A stretch of DNA of 64,000 bases from Octopus sinensis (lineage: Eukaryota), in assembly GCF_006345805.1 (NCBI RefSeq), contig NC_043007.1, positions 42,904,001 through 42,968,000 of the forward strand, in the 5' to 3' direction. The notes beneath the pieces are model-generated. The model made no database searches. It was not told the origin of the DNA and worked only from the letters and a program-made list of their open reading frames with translations. Of the stretch, positions 12,525-26,170 are shown piece by piece; positions within the stretch are counted from its first letter, which is position 1, and each line of letters starts with the position of its first letter. A program made the translations under genes and the position numbers.

Positions 12525-13532
12525 CGCAATGAGGAGGGAACCAGGCTGCTGGAGTTCTGCGATGCAAATGATCTTATGGTTTGCAACACTAACTTCAGGA
12601 AACCTACCAGTCACCTACCGATCAGGCCGACATACCAGCCAAATTGACTACATCCTTGCCAGGAAAAGGGAAAGATGGCTGCTTATAAATGCCAAAACCT
12701 TCCCAGGCGAAGAATGTACCCCACAACATAGACTGGTAGTTAGTGACTTTAGGATCAGGACTAAGAGGACGACCAATATGGAGAAGAAGGATCTGGAAGT
12801 TTAAAGATCCTGTGAATGGATAGAGATTTAGGGACATATTACTTGAAGCCTTTGATGAAGTAGAAGGGGATAGAGCTTCACATGGGGTAGAAGACAACTG
12901 GACGTTTCTAAGGGACAACCTGCTGAGAGCCACTGACCAGATCTGTGGCTGGTGCAAAGTCCCCTCTCGACCCAAAATAACGTGGTGGTGGAACAATGTT
13001 GTAGACAGGGCTATTAGAGAAAAGAGACAGGCTTGGAAGGACTGGAAGAATGATGGTAGCAGGGAATTGTATCAGACTGCCAAAAGAGAAGCTAGGAGAC
13101 AGGTCTATTTAACCAGAGGGGAAGCAGATAAAAAAAATGTGCCAATGTTCTGTGCCATGAGGACCAAAGACTTGAGGTATTTCGTGTTGCAAGACACTGT
13201 GTAAGAGAGAATCGTGATGTGGTAAGAAAGAAATGTGTTCGCATGGATGATGGTTCACTTGCGCCAAATGAGGATGCAAAGAGAGAGGTTTGGAGACACC
13301 ACTATGAAAGGTTGCTGAATAAAGAAAATGAATGGGATAAAGAGAGTCTGCCGAATGTCAACCCAACAGAGGGACCAGCTATCCGAGTTGACAGTTCCTT
13401 GGTAGTTAAGGCAATTAGAAGCATGAAGACAGGGAAAGCCCCAGGTCCATTAGGAATCACTGCAGAGATGCTCAAAATATCTGGTAGTGTCAGCTATAGC
13501 CTAGTCACCCATATAGTTAATCAGGTGATACA
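12525..13532 (+). mobile_element. RTE LINE fragment (APE C-terminus and linker)
   Basis: TYRSGRHTSQIDYIL..PGEECTPQHRLVV and EVWRHHYERLLNKENEW..MKTGKAPGP; frameshifts and stops. Confidence 0.92.
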
Positions 13533-13659
13533 AAGCAACCTTATTTCATTTTTCATTTTTGCTTGTAATTGCGCCATTTATATTGCATTAACTTCCTTAA
13601 CTCCTTTCAACCTTGATTTTTATATTTTTTTATAGTTTATTTTTATAATTTATTTTTTT

Positions 13660-14950
13660 TATTTCTATATACACGCACACATACACACACACATACGTAC
13701 ATATCCACAAACACACATATACCTCCCACACACACCACACATATACAACACACATACATGTACATATACACACACATGCACAAACACACACCCACATACA
13801 CCCATGCGCACACACACATACACACGCACAGGAATGCACAGATACCTATCCCACACAACCCCACGCACATACCTTTATACACACACACGCATACATAAAC
13901 GTACATACACACAACAAAATGCACACATAACCTGACACCCATCTCCATGTTCACACACACATATACACACGCTCACACATACACACAAGCACACACACAC
14001 ATGCACATATACACATGCACATACATACACACACATGCACATATACACACGTAATACACACACACTAGCACATGTTCGCACATATACCTCCAACACACAC
14101 AATACACATACAGACATGCATACAATTACACACACATGGGCACAAACACACATGCACAGACACACATGCACACACATACACTCAGGTACACACATATACA
14201 CCTACACAAACCCCACACACAACTCCCCACACAACCCATGCGCACACACATTCACATACACACACATACATACACTCACAATATATGTACACACACGCAT
14301 ACACATACGCATACACGTGTATATACACAAGCATACACATACACACATGCACATGCAAATGAACCTACACATACCTCCCATACACACACAGCACACACGC
14401 ATACATACATGTACACACACACACATACAAGCACACACGCACACATACACAAAGTACAATTACTCCACACACACACACACACCGCAAACAAAACACACAC
14501 ACATACTTAAAACTACCACTACCTTTTAGTGACCATTCTCCTAAGCACATGTGTAGGTAGACACACAACAGGCAGCCACTCCTACCAAAATTCTTACTAT
14601 GACCTTAAAGGAAACTAAGCCCAACCACACACACACACACACTGGCCTGCGTGAACGCACATACCCACACATACACACACACATACCTCCTTCTGTTGCA
14701 CTCTCCTGTCTTTGAAGAAACTTTTTCTTCACCCATTCCTTTCCCATCATTTCAATATGTGACCGCATGTGTATCGTTGGCGATTTTCTTTCTCCATCTT
14801 CCCTTCCTTGGACTTCTCCTTTTTTCTATATCTCTAAGAGCTCCACTTGAAACGTTAAATCCGCCTTCTTTCTTTCCTTTCCTGAGTGTTCAACAACACT
14901 ATCCTTGTTCCACGTCCTCGCGTTGTTGTGTTTTCTCTTTGTTCATGTTT
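13660..14950 (+). repeat. complex CA-rich microsatellite block followed by pyrimidine-rich PLE-like tail
   Basis: degenerate (CA)/(CATA) array 13660-14690; tail contains aagagctccacttgaaacgtt. Confidence 0.65.
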
Positions 14951-14954
14951 GGAA

Positions 14955-15000
<46 letters not shown>

Positions 15001-15147
15001 ATTATATATATATATATTAATATTATTAATAGTTAGGGAATGTAATAATTTCAAGCTAACAGGGAAAAAAATTTTCAATTTAGCACACTAAATCAAAATT
15101 CACAATATATATATGTGTGTGTGTGTGTGTGTATATATGTATGTATA

Positions 15148-15189
<42 letters not shown>

Positions 15190-15191
<2 letters not shown>

Positions 15192-15613
15192 AAACTGAAA
15201 TGCGAAAAGTTTGTTTGTTTGTTGGTCTGGTTTTGGCATTGAGAACGGGTTAAAGGCCACTAGATCCCGTCGGATTGACTCCAAAATTTACAGGGACATG
15301 TAAAATGAGGTGAGGATGCCAGTGGACTAGGTTAGAAATCCCTATTTTAAAAGGTGTCGTTGCTAGGGCCAAAAACGCCAACCACTCTGTGAGTGTAGTG
15401 GGTGCTTTTTTTCGTGCCACCGGCACAGGTGCCAGGGGGGCTGGCAGCGACCACAATCGATTGGTGCTTTTTACGTGCCACGCACACAGAAGCCAGTCTA
15501 GGCGGCGCTGCAATCGGCCACGTTCGGATGGTGCTTTTTAAGTGCTGAAAGGAAGCAACAGAAAGTAACAACCACACTCTTACCCGCACATAGAGCGAGT
15601 CACCGTAAGCTAG

Positions 15614-15614
<1 letters not shown>
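15190..15614 (+). mobile_element. Helitron-like non-autonomous element with internal RTE-tail fragment
   Basis: (TTTG)n near 5' end, CTAGT 3' end at 15610-15614; about 15373-15545 is reverse-strand RTE tail repeat also seen at 37790-38010. Confidence 0.6.
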
Positions 15615-15645
<31 letters not shown>

Positions 15646-15829
15646 AGAAACAAACCGCTATCTAGAAATTAATTAAATATCTTATAATTATTCTAAAAAC
15701 CTCATATCAAATGTTTTATTTGTTATGAGATTTTTAGAATAATTATAAGATATTTAATTAATTTCTGTGTGGTTATTATAGATAATATCTTTTCATTATT
15801 GATAGAATAACTAAATAGCAGTTTGTCTT

Positions 15830-16515
15830 TAAATTCTATATATATATTTACACACACACACACATATATTTACATAATATATATATATATATATTATATA
15901 TATATAATAATATATATATATATATATATACATATATATAATATTTATATATATACATACATATATATATATTTATATACATACATATATATATATTTAC
16001 ATATATACATACATATATATATACATACATATATATATATTACATATATACATACATATATATATATTCATATTATATATATATATACATACATATATAT
16101 ATATTTATATATATACATATAATATATATTTACATATATACATACATATATATATATTTACATATATACATACATATATATATATTTACATATATACATA
16201 CATATATATATATTTACATATATACATACATATATATATATTTACATATATACATATATATATATTTACATATATACATACATATATATATATTTACATA
16301 TATACATACATATATATATATTTACATATATACATATATATATATTTACATATATACATACATATATATATTTACATATATACATACATATATATATTTA
16401 CATATATACATACATAATATATATATTACATATATACATACATATATATATATAATTACATATATACATACATATATATATATTTACATATATACATACA
16501 TATATATATATTTAC

Positions 16516-16583
<68 letters not shown>

Positions 16584-16595
16584 ATATTTACATAT
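15830..16595. repeat. AT-rich minisatellite (tttacatatatacatacatatatata-type units)
   Basis: roughly 24-28 nt unit reiterated many times from about 16095 to 16595. Confidence 0.9.
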
Positions 16596-16679
16596 ATATG
16601 TTATTTAGAGATAGTAGTCCCCTTCATCACACACAATATATATATATAAATAAATATATATCCATATGCATCGGTATTC

Positions 16680-19105
16680 ATCGTGGCAAGATGTACCTTT
16701 CATACCTCTGGACAGTCAGTAGCCAAAGAAACAGAGTTCAACTCAAACTTGCAGTAACTTTCCTTGTTTTTTGTCCAAGAACTCTTGAATTCTACTATTT
16801 TACTATCATCGGAGGATAAATTTACACAAATTTATATACAACCTGGAGAAACAAATATAAACCAAAACTAAACCCAAGATCAGTTCTAAAACTAGGCCCA
16901 CGTGTACAATTATTTTCTCTTCATTTGTATTAAACACACCACTCATTCTGATTTGTACTAAATACACTGAACTCTCTCACACACACCCAGATATAGCCAC
17001 AGTGCATTCATAATTATACATAAAGTCATAAATAACTGACATACAGTGTATAATACTGTCCTATCCACTGAATATGGCCTAAAACGCCACTGGATAGAAA
17101 ACGAAATCAGTGCACTGATAAACACTTGGTAGACTTACCATAATGATAGTGTAAAATCACTAAAATATTAGTGTCACAATCCTTTTACAGATCTGTAAAA
17201 CAGATCGAAAGCAAAGTGAAAGAAATCACAAGATCGTTTTATACTTTACACATGCATATAATAACACTGGAAGCCATACATGTCAACAGACGTAGCGCAC
17301 CGACTGACCCAATGCGAACAGGTCAGGGGTCACTTCAATGACCCGTTAACTAGCAACAGACAACATCCTCATTGATATCACCATCTGACCTGATTCCACC
17401 CAGCCCCACTGTTGCAAATCAAGTTCCACTGCCGCTACAGCAACAACAACAACAGCCTGCTACTGCTACTACCTTAGGACCACTGAACAATGAGCCTGCC
17501 AATATAGAAAAACCTCTACTATGCCCACGTCAAAAACCCCATCGTTACCATTCTCGAGGTAACTGAAGATTTGGCCCCAGCAGCACCAACAAGGGATGCT
17601 GTGCTTTTTTCCATCCTACCTTATGCCATAGACTTGTTAAGGACACCTGTCCATGTGGTATAATGGGAAAAATCTACCCTCACCTCCACCCCAAATACTG
17701 TCCTAAATACAGAGTCTATGGCCCTGATCCTCAATATAGATGCACAAAAGGCAATGGATGCACCTTCTTTCATCCTAAACTGTGCCGAACTTCTGTGTCA
17801 CTAAGGATGTGCTTGAACCCAGAATGCAACCACCACCATCTGAAGAGCACAAAACGATCGAAAAATAAATATAAACAGCAAGAGAGGAGACCTACGACAA
17901 CAACAAAAACAAAATACAACCACATTTCACCTCCTACAACCAAACAACGAAGATAGAACTATGGAAAAACCATAACACCAAATAACATAAATATGAACTA
18001 TGTATCATCTGACCAAGTGGCAAACTAAAGAGGCAACTCTTTTTTACTTATCTAGAAAATATGAAGGCCAACCTAAGCCAAGAGATCTAACGTGCTATCA
18101 GCAACCATTTATGCAAAACACAAGAAATATACACCCACCACCAACTAGAAAATCATACACACACAGCTCCATACAAAAACTACCGTCACTGCTACCTCTG
18201 TACAACATAAACCATAACAATAAGTTCTTATAACAATGCAAAAATCAAACTACCCTTACCTCGACATTCCTGTTAAATGTACGCGTCATCAACCCATCAC
18301 TCATTGCCCAAAAATGGAAGATCCATCAAGAGTTGGCTTACTGAAACGGCACATTGCTTCCCTTTCTTTATCCTTACTGTGCTCCACCTAAACAGCACAC
18401 ATATGGGTGCCAAGGTGAAAATAAAAGATTTCACCATCTTTCTCCATGACTCCTTTTCAGTTGATGCCAAAGACATATTTTCCAATGGCTATTGTGAATC
18501 AATATCACTATTCAACAAGGCCAAAGACATAAAGCATTTTTGGCTTTTACAGGCCTCCCCAAGCACCTCTAAAGTGCTTTGAAGAGTGCCTCAACAAAAT
18601 CAAGTCCTTCCTTCGAAAATACAACTCTAGAAACATACTTGAGGTGGGTGATTTTAACCTCACTCATATAAACTGGCCCACGAATACTCTGGAGTTAGGC
18701 AAATGCTCTACATCAGATAAAGCAGTGGCAGAATTACTCTTTAATTTAATGTATAAATTCTTCCTGACTCAGCTAGTCCTCGAACCAACAAGAGAGAATA
18801 AGACAATCTTGGATCTAATATTAACCAACCACTCTAGCTACGTTCACAGTATTTCAGTTGGAAAAACTCTCCTCCCAGACCACGACATGATACTCTGAAA
18901 TTTTAATTCCCAGCATATCAAAACCAAACCTGTCAATCCCACTCCACAGCACTTATTTGACAACATAAACTTTTACAAAGCAGACTGAGGAGCAATCAGA
19001 AAAATTGAATCACCCCAGAGGGTACTCACTAAATGAATTAACGGCATGACTGATCTTGATTACTGGGACCACCTTAAAGCCTTGAAACTCTACTCTCTCT
19101 CTATA
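16680..19105 (+). mobile_element. decayed CR1/L2-group LINE: Cys/His zinc-finger ORF1, APE endonuclease, RT deleted
   Basis: ORF1 repeats C-x-F/L-HP-x-x-C (HPKYCPKY..CTFFHPKLCRTS..CLNPECNHHH); APE GDFNLTHINW..PTREN..LDLILTN..DHD; then 3' motif LDYWDHLKALKLYSL. Confidence 0.8.
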
Positions 19106-19193
19106 TATATATATGTATGTATGTATATACCTGAGTAAACACATAAAACAAGGTGAGAAAAAAGTAGTACTCTAATAGTAGAGGTAGAGTAAT

Positions 19194-19342
19194 ATGCTTT
19201 ATTATTAAAACTGCAAAAACATCCCAAAAGTATAAAAAAAAAATCACAAAAAACTTCTCAGAGTTTCACTTTTTCAAACAGGTATATGAAACTTTAAGTA
19301 GCAGTTTTTTGTGATGTTTTTGCAGCTTTAATAATAAAGCAT
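19194..19342. repeat. fold-back (inverted repeat), probably PLE-derived
   Basis: atgctttattattaaaactgcaaaaacatc..gagtttca versus tgaaacttt..gatgtttttgcagctttaataataaagcat; loop about 18 nt. Confidence 0.8.
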
Positions 19343-20199
19343 GTATATATATGAATACGAGTGTAGGCTCGAAACGTTAAAGACTTTTTCAGTTCCCAAG
19401 CGCTATACTAATACATCTGTTTGTTGTCTACTCCACCTGTCTTTATCTTTTGTTTTTTTCTCCCTATATGAATACATATATATCTATAATACATTAAAAG
19501 TCAGTTTGAATCTTGCTTACTTGCAATGTTACTCAGCCAAATTGGCGCATAATGGGAAAATACTATGAATTAAGTTTACCCTGAAATGTTAATATGAAAC
19601 ATTTTTCTTGGTAATTGGTAAAGTGGTTTTTGAGATTTTAGAGATTTTCAGGATATAAATATTTTAATCATTTAGCAATATTTTTAAATGAATGTGATTT
19701 CAAATATGTAAGCTGTTTGTACAGTAAGTATTTATATTTTAGCTTTCTTTAAACAGATATTTTAATGTGAATACCATTACAAAAATTTTTTTTTGGCATA
19801 TTTAAAAAATATTCTAAAGTGAAAATGACTTTAAAATATGGTAAATATTTCCTAAAAGGCCTATTCATAACCTCAGTGCGAAATAGTTTTTTTACCATAG
19901 GATTTTTTCAAGTGTATTCAATGTTTCTCACTTCCAAAAGATTTGGCTGCTATTTCTAGTACACCCTGCTACCATGTAACAGCTATTTGCAATAAAGGAC
20001 CCGAAATACATGTTACATGGTAGCAGGGTGTGCAAGAAATATCAGCCAAATCGTTCCTTTTCTGGGGAAAGGAGCTGTTTACATGTGATTTCGACGTCAC
20101 ATTTGTTGGAAGCATACAAAATATCCTGGAAAAGAAAAACCCACAAAACAAAATTCTGTTGCTGAGAAACTCAGTTTCCCAGTGGGTCATGGGTAGTCT

Positions 20200-20425
<226 letters not shown>

Positions 20426-21103
20426 GTGTGTATGATCTATAACAAGAATAAGAATGAAGAAAATTATGTCTTTAATTAGTGATTAAAAGGGATTCATTAA
20501 CTCCTTTTACTTCTTATTATGTGTATATGTACACATATGTAAACTTAGTGGATGTGACTGAAGGCACATCAAATTAAAGTAGTCATCTATGTATCGTGCT
20601 TAGCGTATATTGATAAGCAAGATTCTTCGATTTTCATCTGAATAACATCTCTTAGAGATGTGCTGTGTTGAAAACAGATCATATACTAGAAGCAGACAAA
20701 AATATCATTCAAGCAGTGAATAATAAGAATGCCAGATGTATTTGAGCCTTTTTAAGGCCTTGCCATTGATGGATACTCACAGACACTTACCTAAACAACA
20801 TCTGTTGCTTCTGATGTATAGGAATCAATGAATTTACTTATTTACTTATACTGCAAATAGTTGTCAGGTTGAAAACCTCAGTGTATGCAATTGAAAGCAC
20901 ATGAAATTAAAATTGCCATCTATGTATCTTACTCAATATATATACACTGTTGACAAGCAAGATCCAAAGCATTAAAGCATGCTTTCTCTCCCTATTGAAG
21001 CAGTAAACAATACTATCCTTGTCAAGCATTTTTCTTGTGTTGTCTTTTTTGATGGTTATTGTCTTTACACTTATATATGTGTGTGTGTGTATTATATATA
21101 TAT

Positions 21104-21137
<34 letters not shown>

Positions 21138-21289
21138 ATACATATATACGTGTTTCAGTCATTTGACTGTGGCTATGTTGGAGTACTGCCTTTTGTCGAA
21201 CAGTTCAACCTCAGAACTTATTCTTTGTAAGTCTAGTACTTATTCTATCAATCAATTTTGCTGAACCACTAAGTTACAGAGATGTAAAC

Positions 21290-21510
21290 ACACCAACATT
21301 GGTTGTCAAGGAATGGTGGGTGGAACAAACACAGACACATACACACATACGACAAGCTTCTTTCAGTTTCCATCTACCAAATCTACTCACAAGGCTTTGG
21401 TCAGCTCAAGGCTATAGTAGAAGACACTCACCCAAGGTGCCATCAGTGAGACTGAATCTAGAACCATGTAGTTGGGAAGCAAGCTTCTTACCACACAATC
21501 ACACCTGCAC
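21290..21510 (-). mobile_element. tRNA-derived SINE (family A)
   Basis: reverse complement of 54225-54430. Confidence 0.8.
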
Positions 21511-21639
21511 CTAGCTAAGCTTGTGCCTACACACACACACACACACATATGTGTGTTTATATTTACATACACACATAAGCATACACTCACACATACATAT
21601 ATATATGTACATACATATATAGTTTAGTGTTCCATTATA

Positions 21640-22020
21640 GGAAGGATCAACAAAGAAGTACACTGTCTAGTAAGAGGTTACTATCATTTAATATACACAA
21701 AAAAGAGCTACTTATAGTCTTCTTTTTGACACATTGATAAAGATAAAGCCACTAAGTTGGTTATCCATGTATGGGTTCTGAAGGTCAACTGCACAGCCCA
21801 TACAATCAAGTGGAGAATCATGGAGAAATTTAAACCCTATATAAATGGATCAAAGAGATGGAAGTTAAGTGTAGCTGAAATATTACACATTCTTTTGAAA
21901 TCCAAGAATTCCACCACACTACTCAACTCTAGATGCAAAATTTTTAGCAAATGCAAGTACAAAGACAAATTTCTTTTGTCAAACTGGAGATATCTCCCTC
22001 TTAAGATTGAGTAGCTATCT
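21640..22020 (+). mobile_element. Penelope-like element GIY-YIG endonuclease C-terminal fragment
   Basis: HVWVLK...IKWRIMEKFKPYINGSKRWKLSVAEILHIL..LLNSRCKIFSKCKYKDKFLLSN follows the PLE pattern W-I-..PY-NGSK-C-LC--EK..LLN-R-E--SKC-H--KF. Confidence 0.82.
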
Positions 22021-24433
22021 CACAGATTTTAACCTGCACTGTTATATTATTCTAGACCAGCTAGATTAATTGTTATTTCTACAATGGGGACAAAAATCTT
22101 GATTTTCGTACTTCTTTTTATTCCACTTTTTGCATCAACCTTCTTCTTGTCCTTCCCATTTTTTCCTCATATTTTCTCACAGACCAGCGTCCTGGTTTTC
22201 ACTAGGTTTCATGGTATGCACTGACTCCAAAAGATTGCTTGGAGACACATGATGTGTTATAAAATATGCCAAATTCTTGTATCTCTACAACATGAAACTA
22301 TTAGTAGCCTTTTTTTGTGTGTGTATTAAATGACACACACACACACAAGGTAGTTGGTATTAGGAAGAGCATCCAGTCATAAAAATCATGGTGCAGTTTT
22401 CTGGCTTGCCAGCTGCTGTCAAACCATCCAACCAATGCCATCATGGAAAACAAACATTGAATGATGATGATGATGACTCATATATATGTGATTACAAATC
22501 CCATAGCATGCTACCTTAGGCAAATGCCTTCTACTCTTTTACTTTAGTCTTGAGGTGATCAATATCATGTGAATAAAATATGGTAGATGGGAACTGTGTA
22601 GAATCCCATTGCATGTGTGTGTGAGAGAGAGAGTTATTTTTGAACTGGTCTAAAAAAGTGTTGTTGCTTATATTGTTATATTTATGACCTATAACTTAGA
22701 GACTCTATCAATAAGGTTTAGTAAAATACATAGCAGACAAAACATTATTTACTAAATGCTTGAATGCAGTGCTCTACTGTGGCTGCAATCCAATGACTGA
22801 AACCAGTAAAAGAATAAATGAATATAACAATATTTTGTGTCAAAATAATGCTCACACTTTATTCTATTCATGCAACAAAATTCTTTTCAGTTATACAATG
22901 TGTTTTTGTATGCTCTTTGACTTGCAGTAAGATATTGGCATTTAATGTAGATGTTGATGGATAAAACAAAACAACATATGATTCACAGAAGCCAAGTTTT
23001 ACATTATGTTGTTCACTGCTTTACAGGGAGCAACATAATGTAAAATATTGATACCTATGGTTAAGTAACTCTGGTTTTATTGATCTAAGAGCAGAGGAAT
23101 GCAAAGTCAACTACTGCAGGACTTGAATATGCACTTATGTTGCACTGGATCAGATATTCTAATATATTTAGGCCATATTATTGGAGCCTAAAATATCGAT
23201 TTCTTTTGTTTAAGCACGATTAATTAATTTTTTTTTTATTAGGAACAGAGAAATGATAACAATGATGTCATTTTTAGAATCTTTCAAGCAACCATTGAAA
23301 GGATTAAACACTTACCAAATGGTTTCTTATCAAAGTAATGTCCTTTAAACTATTGGGGTGTTGAATATTTATGAAAACTTCATCACCATGCTGTGATTCT
23401 TGGGAGAGCCCTGACAGACAAACTAGGAACAATAATTTATGAGCCATGGGTGAGTTTGAGCTCAGGGCTGGAAGCTGAATAAACATCTGTTGATAATACA
23501 GGAACTTGCTACACATAACAGTAGACTGTACCACTTTGATAAAGAATTCTGCCCAAAATGTTTGACTTAACTGCTTCACAACATAGCTTATTCCATTTTT
23601 TGAGTGTTTTGTATTATTACATGGTGACTATTTATCTCTAAGCAGACTAATTCATTGAGAGTTAAGAGCAGCACTGGTAATGGGACATAGGCCTTTGATT
23701 CATTGGTGTGTAGGCTGGCATATGTTCACCTGTCATTTGTTTCTATGGCGATATCTCCATTATTTTAACATCCATTTTTCATGTTTGCACTGGTCAGAGA
23801 AGTGTATGCTGGAGCAGTTGCCTTTCCTGTCATCAGCCACATCTATTTCCAAGCAAGGTATCAATTCTCCAGTCTATCAAACAATGAACAGCCTAGATAT
23901 AGTTATGCAGTGGAAACAAACAGCACCATTTGAACAAGAATTTTGTTTACAAAGATTGCACAGCATGTCAAAAAGCCTGGATATGCCCCTTGTGGTTGAC
24001 TGCAAGCAAAGAATACTGCTTGTATGGTTGTTTATTGTCAACAAACACACATGTAAAGATGAAGAGAAACATGAACTCACTCACAGAAATACGCAATTTC
24101 ACATAAACACATACATAGATATATGATAGGCTTCTCCAGTTTTTGTTAATTTCACTCACAAGGTATGGGGTGACCCGCAGCAATAGCATAGAATGCCAGC
24201 AAATGATTTACTTGCAGCAGGATTGAACCCCTAATCATGTGCTTTTGAAGTGAACTTCTTAACCACACAGCTATGTCTGGCTTTTAATTATGCTAAGTGA
24301 AAGTTGTTGGGTAGGGAAGAGTCTAAGGTAAATTTATGACACTTTCCAATGTCAGTATTACAGTTACTGGCTTAAAGCATATAACTGAATATTTGTTATT
24401 TATTTTCATTATTGTCATTTATTTTCTTTGCAG

Positions 24434-24529
24434 CTCGACTTCCCAAGTTCACGTCTAGTAATGGTGATGACGAACAATAAAGAAAAATACCATTGTATTC
24501 TACCAGAAGAAAGGCTTATTGAAAATAGT
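24434..24529 (+). CDS. ERLEC1: ERLEC1 exon 2
   Basis: ttttctttgcag acceptor; LDFPSSRLVMVMTNNKEKYHCILPEERLIENS resembles MTTAHKEKYKCILP; donor GTCTGT gives the phase 0 needed by exon 3. Confidence 0.85.
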
Positions 24530-26170
24530 GTCTGTATTCTGTATTCTTTACATCTTCTAACAACACATTTATCACTATTCATTTTGCTCCTGTGTTCTAT
24601 GCACTCTCTGTAAATCTACTCAGAGTTCTTATGTTACAATGCCAGTTTACATCTTTATTCTGTAGTCTTCATACATTTCTTATCATGCATCTTGTACTAG
24701 TATCCTAGTAAATGCTTCTAATGTTCCATACTATCTCCAAAAGTTTGAGTAAGATGCTATATTTTTAGAAAAGTGTTGTTTACTTGAAACATAGTGGAAT
24801 ATTAAAAAGAAAAATTGTGATTTAGAAAGCCATAGCAAAGCACTTGGGGAAAGATTAATATGAATTTTTTAAATTACTAAAATTTTATCTTAAATGTATT
24901 TAATATTCTGGTATTTTGGCTAAAGATATCCATTTCCAAGGAGTGAAGAGAATAGGAGAATACATTTGTGTTCTCTGCAGTTTAAAGTCTGTATGGAGGT
25001 GGTAAGTCTACATGTTATTGAACTGTGAAGAAAGTGTTTGTTAAATTTTGGAACATGGGACATGTCTCGAAGTTCTCTGGTTGGGAATCTATTGTGAGTA
25101 GATACAGGAAGAGCCATATGTTTGTGCAGAGAAAGTGGGGTAAAAGTTGTGTTGCATAGGGCTGGTGGAAGGTTTAGATTAGCCAGCAGGTTTCCTTCAA
25201 TTTTAGTCAGTTAAAGAAAATAGCTTCTGTAATCCACAATCCTAATGCGTGGCTCTCATAATAACTATGTTTTTCTGACTCCAGCATTTACCTAAGTCTT
25301 TTTGTCTAATATAGTACATGTGTGGAAGGTTTTATTTTTTTTTATTCAGATGTGAAAATGCTGAATCATGATGCTAATGTAACATTCAAAATGCCAGGTA
25401 CTTGCAGATCAAAGAAGCTAATGTTGTTACCATCAGCTAACACTTGAATAAAATTCATTGGCTAATCTAGCCACCATCACTACCTCATCCTTTCTGTACT
25501 ACACAACTTTTTCCTCATTCTTTCTTTGTAAATGCATAACCCTTATCCTATCTACTGACAAAAGAACTCTGAGACATACTCCATGCAGTGCAATTTACAA
25601 CTCCACATTCTTCACACTTCAACAACACATGGTCTTATCACTCACACAGTCTTCAAGTTGACAAGAATCCAGACTCATTCTCCTAACATGTTTGGGTTCT
25701 TAGCAGAAGCATTCTCATCACTCTTGGACAAAGAATCTTTTCATTCAAAAATCATTCAGATTATTAAAAGCTTTTAGATTAAAGTATAATGTTTTCATAT
25801 ATTTAACCTTTCCCCAACTCTAATGCTGTAGCTTTCTAAATCATAGTTCTTATTTAATACTATATTCTATGTATCTTGTTCACCTAGCTGTGAGAATTAA
25901 GTACCAGAACATCATAAAGAAAGTTATCCGAGTGAAATACACTCTCATCTATTGCTTTATTTGTATCTGTTTAATACTACAGAATGCAAAGTCAAGCATT
26001 GAGCCAGTGTTTCTATGTCATTTATAAGGAACACCACAGCAATATATCACAAATAAACATGGATGACTTCTGCTTTTGTTATAGTTATAAGTGTAAATGA
26101 AGTACAAAACTTATGGATCTACTTACATCATGGTCATATAGAGCAAACAAGTCCTGAAGCTTTTTACCGA

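Noticed and set aside
23304-24189. Overlapping ORFs up to 148 aa before exon 2
   Set aside because: No recognisable motifs or consistent splice structure
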